24,000 nucleotides of DNA from Solobacterium sp. Lineage in GTDB: Bacteria; Bacillota_I; Bacilli_A; Erysipelotrichales; Erysipelotrichaceae. Position numbers and translations under genes: made by a program. The stretch lies in the NCBI GenBank assembly GCA_022486705.1, contig JAKVKC010000016.1:17213-41212 (forward strand), written 5' to 3'. Under the pieces are notes generated by a model that did no database searches, was not told the origin of the DNA, and saw nothing but the letters and a program-made list of their open reading frames with translations. Of this stretch, positions 14,163 through 21,862 are shown in pieces (within the stretch, counting starts at the first letter, position 1; the number at the start of each line of letters is the position of its first letter).

Positions 14163-15234
14163 AAGGTTATTGCAAGAATTGGCTGAGGCACCTGGCATCT
14201 CAAGTATTGAGGATGAGCCTAGAAAGATCATGCGGATGCATTTGCAGCAGCTTTCTGATCGTGTGTACCAGGATGGTCTTGGCTCGGTGATCGGTGTGCA
14301 GAATGAAGATGCTGATGGAATCAAAATTCAGTTTGCGGCTCACATGGATGAAGTGGGATTTATGGTGAAAATAGTCGATGAACATGGCTATCTTCGACTG
14401 CAGCCGATTGGTAGTATGTGGACACATGTTCTTCTTGGACAGCGTATGGATGTAAAAGCCGATAATGGCAGGATCTATGCTGGGGTTATCGGCTCGCCTG
14501 CCAGTCACGGACTACCAAAAGAAGTGAAAGAACGTACGATGGCAATGAATGATCTATATTTAGATATAGGGGCATCTTCACAGCTGCAGGTTTACAAAGC
14601 TGGCATCAGGCCTGGCTGTATGGTATTCCCTCATGGCTTATTTACTAAGATGCTAGACAATGATCGTGTCATGTGCAAAGCATTGGATGATAGAGCTGGG
14701 TGCGCGGCTGAATTAATTGCTTTTGAATATCTGCATGGCAGATACAATGCACCTTTATACTGTGCCGGAACAATTCAGGAAGAACCGGGATTGCGCGGGG
14801 CACGTACTGCAACGGACGTGATTCATCCAGATCTGTCTTTGGCAGTTGATACAACTGTTGCTGGCGATACGCCAGCAGACCATAATACATGCAGACTTGG
14901 CGGGGGTGCCGTTCTATCTATGATCGATTCAAATACAATTGCCCATCGTGGACTGATACGCTATGCTGAAACAATTGCAGCCGAGAAGAAGATACCAATC
15001 CAGTATGCTGTTTTCAAAGGCGGCGGCACGGATTCAGGAAATATTCATAAATCATTTGAAGGAATACTATCAATGACGATTTCAATTCCTATCCGTTATA
15101 TGCATTCAATGCAGTCAATTATCAGTATGCATGATGTGGAAGCATGTGCAGAACTTATGTCTGCAATGGTGCTTGGTATGAATCAAACAAAATATAAACA
15201 GCTGCTGAATGGCTGGGAGGACGATGATGACTAA
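14152..15234 (+). CDS. M42-family metallo-aminopeptidase (all canonical ligands present)
   Basis: Start trimmed to ATG 14152 (SD GAGG at 14142-14145), giving an 11-nt overlap with the upstream gene. 360 aa. LLQELAEAPGISSIEDEPRKIM; HMDEVG, DDRAG, QEEPG, AVDTT, RYMHS motifs present. Confidence 0.85.
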   Translation: MNTERLLQELAEAPGISSIEDEPRKIMRMHLQQLSDRVYQDGLGSVIGVQNEDADGIKIQFAAHMDEVGFMVKIVDEHGYLRLQPIGSMWTHVLLGQRMDVKADNGRIYAGVIGSPASHGLPKEVKERTMAMNDLYLDIGASSQLQVYKAGIRPGCMVFPHGLFTKMLDNDRVMCKALDDRAGCAAELIAFEYLHGRYNAPLYCAGTIQEEPGLRGARTATDVIHPDLSLAVDTTVAGDTPADHNTCRLGGGAVLSMIDSNTIAHRGLIRYAETIAAEKKIPIQYAVFKGGGTDSGNIHKSFEGILSMTISIPIRYMHSMQSIISMHDVEACAELMSAMVLGMNQTKYKQLLNGWEDDDD

Positions 15235-16354
15235 GGAAGAAATATTCAATCAGGTAGAAAGAAGAAGGCAGGATCTTATCGATGATGTATGCACAATGAT
15301 CCATATTGATTCACAGCGCAAAGAATCTCAGCTAGGCATGCCTTTTGGCAACGGCGTTGATGAAGCATTGCAGAAAGCTTTAAAAATCTGCCAAAGAGAA
15401 GGCCTGAAAATTGGAAATACAGACGGTTATATGGGATATGGACAATGGGGAATAGGCGAAAATCATATTGGTATTATGGGACACTTGGATGTTGTTGATA
15501 TTGGCGAAGGATGGGATGACCCAGCATTTTCTGCCGCAATTCATGATGGCAGAATCTGGGGAAGAGGCGCTTTAGATAATAAAGGGCCATTGTTTGCAGC
15601 ATTCTATGGTATGCTCGCACTTAAAGATTTAGGTATTATACCAAACATTCCAGTTCGTGTGATTTTTGGAACGAATGAAGAAACGGGCATGAAAGACTGC
15701 GTATACTATCTACAGCATGAAAAAGCACCGTTGATGGGATTTACACCAGATAATAAATTCCCAGCTGTTTACGGAAAGAAAGGACGTGCCGTCTTTGAAG
15801 TCAGCGGAGCGATAGATCGTGTTGTGAAATTTGCTAATGATTATCTTTTAAATGCCCGTTCAAATGGAGATCGATTAGGAATTGCATATAAAGATTCACG
15901 CTTTGGCGAAATGCAGATCCGTACAAAGACTCTGTTTCAGACAAAGGATGGTATAGGAATCAGATTTGCACTGAGCTACCCGGATTGTGATATCAATGAT
16001 GTTACTGCAAAGATTTCTTCTGCAGCCAATGGATTGAAAACAGTGCTTGCTGAGGATTCTCCGGTTTTAGCACATGATCCAGATTCATGGTTCGTACAGA
16101 CGGTAAATCATGCTTATGAAGAGGCAACAGATACGAAAGCTGAACCAACAACAACTTCTGGTGGGACATATATGAATGTCTGTCCAACGATCATCAATTA
16201 TGGTCCGAGTTTCCCTGGGCAGAATGGTATAGCACATCAGCCGAATGAATGGATGGATATTGAAGATTTAGTGAAATGTACCAAGATTTATGCATGGACA
16301 TTGTATAAACTCTGTATGTCTGAATCGGACATTGATCCATGGGAGAAAGCATAA
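15224..16354 (+). CDS. M20-family dipeptidase, PepV/Sapep-like with a short lid region
   Basis: Start at ATG 15224 or 15227 (SD GGGAGG at 15215-15220), overlapping the upstream stop at 15232-15234. Motifs: GHLDVV, GRGALDNKGP, GTNEETG, FTPDNKFP, and C-terminal GGTY...IAHQPNEWMDIEDL. About 376 aa. Confidence 0.75.
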   Translation: MMTKEEIFNQVERRRQDLIDDVCTMIHIDSQRKESQLGMPFGNGVDEALQKALKICQREGLKIGNTDGYMGYGQWGIGENHIGIMGHLDVVDIGEGWDDPAFSAAIHDGRIWGRGALDNKGPLFAAFYGMLALKDLGIIPNIPVRVIFGTNEETGMKDCVYYLQHEKAPLMGFTPDNKFPAVYGKKGRAVFEVSGAIDRVVKFANDYLLNARSNGDRLGIAYKDSRFGEMQIRTKTLFQTKDGIGIRFALSYPDCDINDVTAKISSAANGLKTVLAEDSPVLAHDPDSWFVQTVNHAYEEATDTKAEPTTTSGGTYMNVCPTIINYGPSFPGQNGIAHQPNEWMDIEDLVKCTKIYAWTLYKLCMSESDIDPWEKA

Positions 16355-16359
16355 ATATT

Positions 16360-16401
16360 TCTGCAAAAATGTTCTGTTAGCAAACAGAAGGATCCTGCAG
16401 A
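16360..16401 (+). other. Nested stem-loop in the pepV-like/AEC intergenic region (no U-tract on the plus strand)
   Basis: Inner stem TTCTGTT (16372-16378) / AACAGAA (16383-16389) with a 4-nt loop. Outer stem TCTGCA (16360-16365) / TGCAGA (16395-16400). Confidence 0.3.
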
Positions 16402-16447
16402 AGCAATCCTTGTTTATTGATAGGATTTATCCACGGAGGATTGCCAG

Positions 16448-17362
16448 ATGGAAGTAGGGATCATACTGCTGAAACAAATAGTTATGATGTTTGCAATGCT
16501 CGGCATTGGTTTCTTTCTCTATAAGAGAAAAATGATCACAAATCAAGGAAGCAAAGATATTGGCAGGATATTGCTGTATATTGTGATACCGATTGTGATC
16601 ATCTCTAGTTTTTGGATTGATAGGACACCAGAAAAAACAGTTGTATTAATTGAATCGGCGGTAATTTCTGCTGCTGTGATGTTTATTGCAGTGGCAGTTA
16701 GTTATTTCATATTTGGCAGAAAAGATGGAACTGCATGTTTCAGCAGTTCTTTTTCAAATGCCGGGTTTATCGGTATTCCTTTAGTCCAGATGGTATTAGG
16801 GAGCGATGCGGTATTCTATATATCTATCATGATCGTTCTGATCAATGCACTGCAGTGGACTTTTGGTGTATACATGATCTCTGGCAATAAGAATGTTATG
16901 AATCTTAAAGCAATCGTAAAGAACCCAATTGTGATCTCGGTAGGAGCAGGCTTGATCCTGTACTTTGTCAATATTCCCTGTCCTGCTATGGCCTCCTCGC
17001 TTTTTTCTTCCATCAAGGGACTGAATACTCCATTGGCAATGATTGTTTCAGGTGTGTTCCTGGCACAGTCCGATTTGATTGGTATGTTCTTTAATAAGGA
17101 GATCTGGAGGGTATCCATCTATAGACTGCTGATCATTCCTGCAATTACACTGCTGCTGTGCTGGATCCTGCCATTCGGGTCAAATGAAGTGAAAATGGCA
17201 ATCCTGATTGCCGCTGCCTGTCCTGTAGGATCGAATGTGGCAATATTTGCGCAGCAGTATGATAGGAATTATAAAGAAGCGGTAGAGCATGTCTGCCTTT
17301 CAACGATTCTCTGTATTATTACGCTGCCTTTCATCGTTGCTGCTGCATCGCATCTATGGTAA
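16448..17362 (+). CDS. AEC-family (auxin efflux carrier / malate-permease-like) transporter
   Basis: 304 aa, about 10 TM segments. The N-terminus IVMMFAMLGIGFFLYKRKMITNQGSKDIGRILLYIVIPIVI is typical of the family. SD GGAGG at 16435-16439. Confidence 0.85.
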   Translation: MEVGIILLKQIVMMFAMLGIGFFLYKRKMITNQGSKDIGRILLYIVIPIVIISSFWIDRTPEKTVVLIESAVISAAVMFIAVAVSYFIFGRKDGTACFSSSFSNAGFIGIPLVQMVLGSDAVFYISIMIVLINALQWTFGVYMISGNKNVMNLKAIVKNPIVISVGAGLILYFVNIPCPAMASSLFSSIKGLNTPLAMIVSGVFLAQSDLIGMFFNKEIWRVSIYRLLIIPAITLLLCWILPFGSNEVKMAILIAAACPVGSNVAIFAQQYDRNYKEAVEHVCLSTILCIITLPFIVAAASHLW

Positions 17363-17363
17363 A

Positions 17364-19268
17364 CTAGATCGCCATAAAAATTCTCATAAAAGTATGATAA
17401 TCCGGTGCTTTTGCCAATGCCTGCTGCAAAGGAGCACTTTGGATTGCTTTGGAGATATGTTCCATAAACCAAGAAGATGTGGAAGAACTGGAAGCACTGA
17501 TCATGAAAATTAAAGAAATTGGTTTCTGATCCCAAATGATAGGGGAATCCAATACGGCAATCGCTAGGAAATCAGGAACATCATCTGTATTCAGCGGATG
17601 AGGTATTGCAATCTGATTATCAAATTCCGTAGGGCCGATCTTTTCTCTGGCTAAGACTTTATTTTTGAAATCGGCAGGAAGAAGCACCGTTTTTGATACC
17701 TGCTTAATCATTTCTGAGATTGCTTCTTCTTTGCTATGACAGTTGGTCAGCTGCATAAATAAAGATGGACTGCAGAGATGAGTGATCTTTCTTTCACTTG
17801 AAAGACCGGTCAATGTACTGCGGATCATTTTCATTTCATCTACCGTAATGAAGTTGGATATGCTCAAGGTCTTAATGGGCAGATCGATGTTCAGATCCGT
17901 CAAATTCAGCATCAGGTCAAAGGTGTCGCTGGATGCAGAACGGATGCGTTCCAGATCAGATACACGGATAAACGAGAGAGAACGGATCAGATCATGAAGA
18001 TCGCGGTCCAGTTTGAATGAAGCAATATGATAAACTGAGTCTACTTCCTGACAAAGGATACCAATATTATACTGTGCTTCAGACTGACGGTTCTTTTCCA
18101 GACTGAGTTCCAGATGCAGAGCAAAATAGGAGATCTCAGCAGGTTCTATCTGTCCTTCTGAAAACATAGAAAGACCATACAGCGCCAATTCGTATGCATA
18201 TGGGAATTCGTTTTTAATGTTATTCAGTTCTGATTTTCTGATCTGAAGATTGTTCTTCACGCGATTGCGGAAAGGGATAATATGATTCAGCAGAGTCATG
18301 CGGAGCTCATCATCTTCAAAGAAGTCAACGTCACTGTATTTATAGATATTTCTGAGAAATCTATTGTAAAAGATGATATCTTCTTCTGAAGCTTTGAACT
18401 GCAGCTTCTGATGGCCATAGAATCGCTGCTTGCCATTGATATGCAAGGTCAGATACAGAAGCTCGTTCTCTGGAAGCGATATATCCAATACTTTTTCCAG
18501 GTCTCGATTGATGCGGTTTGCCACAAAGTATTCGGGCGATCCCTTCAGCTGAAGCAGAGAAAATTCATTGGCTAAAGATACCGTATTGTTTGTCTCAATA
18601 CGATTGATCGCAATCATAATATGAAGAGCCAGGGCACTGATCCCCTTATCTGTTAAGGAAATGCCATAGTACTGAAGACTTTTTGTGATAATGCTTGAAA
18701 CGGAAGAAATCTGACTGTCATTGAATTTGGCACCGATCAAAACGGAGCTCATGTCAGAATCATCTTTGCATTCACATGTCAGGCAATGCCTGATATCAAT
18801 CTCATTGCCAATGATGCGATAGCCATTCTGATGAGAATTCTCCAGATGAAGATGATACTGCTGAGCCGTACCTTTTAAAGAACGAATAATATTCCGGAGC
18901 AATGACGGAGAGATGTAGAGCTCATCTGCCAAGTCATAGAGACTGATGTAATCACCATTTGTTAAAAGACGCATCAGTACATAGGATCTTCTTGTCTGGG
19001 GATTGTTGAGAATGCCCTTTTCCTGAGAAGAGAACTGGCGCAGATACTCTTGAAAGATCTTATCGTTCTGAATGATAAGCTTTGAGCCAATACCATGTCG
19101 GATGTCTAAAACAGCGCCATGATCTTCCACTTCGTATTTTAGAATATTCAAGTACTTTAAAACGGTCTTTTCGGAAGTGTTGAGCTCAAGAGCGAGGTCT
19201 TTGCTTGTCTGATATTCACTTTTTGACATCATTACATGCAGAATGTTGTCAATTTTATCGTATCGCAT
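17364..19268 (-). CDS. PRD-domain, PTS-controlled transcriptional regulator 2 (HTH - PRD - PRD - EIIB-like - EIIA(Mtl/Fru)-like)
   Basis: 634 aa. HTH: TSKDLALELNTSEKTVLKYL. PRD His motifs: ALALHIMIAINR, YLTLHINGK, LLNHIIPFRNR, YFALHLELSLEK. C-terminal IAIPHP. Divergent from the second PTS operon. Confidence 0.85.
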   Translation of the reverse strand: MRYDKIDNILHVMMSKSEYQTSKDLALELNTSEKTVLKYLNILKYEVEDHGAVLDIRHGIGSKLIIQNDKIFQEYLRQFSSQEKGILNNPQTRRSYVLMRLLTNGDYISLYDLADELYISPSLLRNIIRSLKGTAQQYHLHLENSHQNGYRIIGNEIDIRHCLTCECKDDSDMSSVLIGAKFNDSQISSVSSIITKSLQYYGISLTDKGISALALHIMIAINRIETNNTVSLANEFSLLQLKGSPEYFVANRINRDLEKVLDISLPENELLYLTLHINGKQRFYGHQKLQFKASEEDIIFYNRFLRNIYKYSDVDFFEDDELRMTLLNHIIPFRNRVKNNLQIRKSELNNIKNEFPYAYELALYGLSMFSEGQIEPAEISYFALHLELSLEKNRQSEAQYNIGILCQEVDSVYHIASFKLDRDLHDLIRSLSFIRVSDLERIRSASSDTFDLMLNLTDLNIDLPIKTLSISNFITVDEMKMIRSTLTGLSSERKITHLCSPSLFMQLTNCHSKEEAISEMIKQVSKTVLLPADFKNKVLAREKIGPTEFDNQIAIPHPLNTDDVPDFLAIAVLDSPIIWDQKPISLIFMISASSSSTSSWFMEHISKAIQSAPLQQALAKAPDYHTFMRIFMAI

Positions 19269-19346
19269 GAAATAATAATATCATAAGAAAGAACGGGATC
19301 AGTTCTTAGGAAAATCAAAAAGTTCCTTTGGCAAGCGGAACTTGAA

Positions 19347-19386
19347 TGCATCTTCATCATTTTGATTCCCCTATGATGAAGCTGCA
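19347..19386. promoter_or_regulatory. Inverted repeat CTTCATCAT-N12-ATGATGAAG (extendable to 13 bp with 1 mismatch) just upstream of the EIIBC SD
   Basis: Arms at 19352-19360 and 19373-19381. Flanking pairs 19347-19350/19383-19386. Ends 3 nt before SD AAGGTGAGG (19390-19398). No U-tract follows. Confidence 0.35.
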
Positions 19387-19400
19387 GAAAAGGTGAGGAC

Positions 19401-21104
19401 ATGAAAGACAAGAAAACGATTCTGCTGATCTGTGCCAACGGTGCTTCTACGGGGCTGTTTGCGGAAAGAATGAAAAAAGGCCTGCATGACAATGAGAAAT
19501 GGATCATTGAAGCCAAGCCGGTCAGTGAACTTCCGTTAGTCGTGGCAAAGTATGACATGATCCTCATCGCACCTCAGATCGGATATGAACGATCAAGGAT
19601 CCAGGAACTGGCAGCACCCTATGGCGATATTGACATTATGGAGATCGATCCGGACGATTTTGCCAAAGGGAGAACGGATAAGATCCTGGACCAGATCCGC
19701 TCACGGGATGATGGATCTGAGGACTGCATGACATTGCATGATGACGAAAGGGGAATTCAAATGTCAGAAACAGCAGGTAAAAAATCATTTATGGACAGAA
19801 TGTCTGACTGGATGCAGAAATTCATTGTGCCGATTGGCATGAAGATCTCAAACCAGAGACATCTCGCCGCAATTCGCGATGGGCTCACGATCCTGATCCC
19901 AGCGACCATTATCGGAGGTATTGCGTGTTTGATCGCAATTCCGCCAATTCCTTCTACGATTACCGAACCAAGCAACTTCTTCTATGCCTTCCTATTGGCA
20001 TGGAAATCGTTCGCTGCCGCAAACAGCAGTGTACTGATGATCCCATATTATATGACCATCGGTGTGATTGCTATTTACGTTGTCTGTGGTGTTGCCTATG
20101 AACTTGCCAAGTCTTATAAAATGGATGGCATCAATAATATGGTAGCTGCCCTCTTGGTCTACTTATGCGTTTCAGGAGCAGTCAATCTGGAAACAGTTTC
20201 CTTGACAATCGGCAAGCTGGGAGCAGCGTATATGTTCTCTGCAATGATCGTTGCGATCATTACAGTTGAGATCAACCGTTTCTTTGCCAAGCACAACATT
20301 GTGATCAAACTTCCGGATTCTGTTCCGCCAAATGTAGCAGCTCCATTCAATGTTCTGCTGCCGTTAGGATTTACCGTTATTGTAATGCTTCTGATTGATT
20401 CAGGATTGACCGCATGGACCGGTGCTGGTTTTGCAAGTCTTATTTATACAATTTTCCAGCCATTGATGAGCGCGACCGGATCATTGCCATCTGTCCTGCT
20501 GATCAACTTCTTAATGACAACATTCTGGTTCTTTGGCATTCATGGCGCAAATATGCTTTCGGTCGTTACGACACCAATTACAACAGCAGCTTTAGCAGCG
20601 AACGCCGAAGCAATTGTCAATGGGACAACGCCTCCATATATCTATGCCGGTGCAATGAATTCTGTGTTTGGAAACTGGATCACATACAATGTAATTCTCC
20701 TTGTAATTTTCCTTTGGTGCAAATCCTCTCAGGCTCGTTCGATTGCAAAAGTTGCGGTTGTGCCGTCTTTATTCAATATCAATGAACCTACGATCTTCGG
20801 CTTGCCAACGGTGCTCAATGTTTATACATACATTCCTCTATTGCTCTGCGGCATGCTGAATACAGCAGTGTACTATCTATGCGCATCGGCGAATCTTGTT
20901 GGAAGATTCTATATCACGCTGCCATTTACGGTACCAGGCCCTCTGCAGGCATTCCTAGCGACAGGAGATGTCAAGACAATCATTCTTTGGATCATTTTAT
21001 TCCTTTGCGATATTCCTCTGGTATATCCGTTTATCAAAACTTATGATAAACAATTGGTCGCACAGGAAAAAGAAAATGCGGAAAAGGCCGCGGAAGCAAA
21101 TTAA
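19401..21104 (+). CDS. PTS EIIB-EIIC fusion protein, Lac family (B domain N-terminal)
   Basis: 567 aa. Residues 1-~100: KTILLICANGASTGLFAERM (EIIB Cys loop). An acidic linker follows, then the EIIC domain: FMDRMSDWMQKFIVPIGMKISNQRHLAAIRDGL...NINEPTIFGLPTVLN. Confidence 0.85.
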   Translation: MKDKKTILLICANGASTGLFAERMKKGLHDNEKWIIEAKPVSELPLVVAKYDMILIAPQIGYERSRIQELAAPYGDIDIMEIDPDDFAKGRTDKILDQIRSRDDGSEDCMTLHDDERGIQMSETAGKKSFMDRMSDWMQKFIVPIGMKISNQRHLAAIRDGLTILIPATIIGGIACLIAIPPIPSTITEPSNFFYAFLLAWKSFAAANSSVLMIPYYMTIGVIAIYVVCGVAYELAKSYKMDGINNMVAALLVYLCVSGAVNLETVSLTIGKLGAAYMFSAMIVAIITVEINRFFAKHNIVIKLPDSVPPNVAAPFNVLLPLGFTVIVMLLIDSGLTAWTGAGFASLIYTIFQPLMSATGSLPSVLLINFLMTTFWFFGIHGANMLSVVTTPITTAALAANAEAIVNGTTPPYIYAGAMNSVFGNWITYNVILLVIFLWCKSSQARSIAKVAVVPSLFNINEPTIFGLPTVLNVYTYIPLLLCGMLNTAVYYLCASANLVGRFYITLPFTVPGPLQAFLATGDVKTIILWIILFLCDIPLVYPFIKTYDKQLVAQEKENAEKAAEAN

Positions 21105-21107
21105 GAT

Positions 21108-21137
21108 CACGAGCACTGCATCTGCAGTGCTTTCGTG
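21108..21137 (+). other. Intercistronic stem-loop between EIIBC and chbG-like gene
   Basis: CACGA-GCACTGCA-tc-TGCAGTGC-tt-TCGTG, 13 potential bp. No U-tract. SD AAGGAG follows at 21141. Confidence 0.35.
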
Positions 21138-21151
21138 CGTAAGGAGAAAAT

Positions 21152-21862
21152 ATGCAGATAATTGTAAATGGAGATGATCTAGGCTATACAAGGGGCGTGA
21201 CGGAAGGAATCTTGGAGGGATATCATAAAGGGATCCTGAGATCAACGACAGCGCTGATGAGTGCTCAATATATTGAAGAAAGTGCAGAATTGACCAAAGA
21301 CTGTGAAGATCTTGGTATCGGTGTACATTTGAATCTGACTCTAGAGCATCCATTGACAGAAAATCAGACACTTACAGATCCAGCTACGGGAGAGTTTTAT
21401 CATGGCCGTACAGAAATATGGAAACATGATCCCGATTATCATGAGATTTATGAGGAATGGCGGGCACAGATTGAACGCTTTATACAGGTGTTTCATAAAT
21501 ATCCAACGCATTTAGATTCACATCATGGTGTTCATGATGCAACACCTAAAGCGCTGGAGATTGCGCAGCAGTTAAGCAGAGAATATGGTCTGCCTTTGCG
21601 AAGATACAGTCAGTTTACTTATGTCCCTGATTTCTTTGGCTCTTCCAAGCCGCAGCAATTGATTGATATTTTGGAGAAATATAAAGGCCAGAATATTGAG
21701 ATTATGGCACATCCAGCCTTCGCTGACCTTGATCTGTACCGCAAATCCTCTGTATGTTTCAGCCGAGTTCAGGAATTGGATGTACTGTGCAGCAGTCAGG
21801 TGATGCAGTATATCAAAGAAAACAATATTCAGCTGGTCCACTATGAAAGGATACAAAAATAA
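21152..21862 (+). CDS. chbG: YdjC/ChbG-family carbohydrate deacetylase (chitooligosaccharide deacetylase-like)
   Basis: 236 aa. MQIIVNGDDLGYTRGVTEGILEGYHKGILRSTTALM (compare the NADDFG motif). GVHLNLT and LDSHHGVH provide the expected Asp/His/His metal ligands. Confidence 0.8.
   Translation: MQIIVNGDDLGYTRGVTEGILEGYHKGILRSTTALMSAQYIEESAELTKDCEDLGIGVHLNLTLEHPLTENQTLTDPATGEFYHGRTEIWKHDPDYHEIYEEWRAQIERFIQVFHKYPTHLDSHHGVHDATPKALEIAQQLSREYGLPLRRYSQFTYVPDFFGSSKPQQLIDILEKYKGQNIEIMAHPAFADLDLYRKSSVCFSRVQELDVLCSSQVMQYIKENNIQLVHYERIQK

Noticed and set aside
19347-19386. RAT/terminator antitermination element for a BglG/LicT-type regulator
   Set aside because: Both regulators begin with HTH domains rather than a CAT RNA-binding domain. 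The hairpin has no U-tract and no overlapping alternative RAT-like structure.
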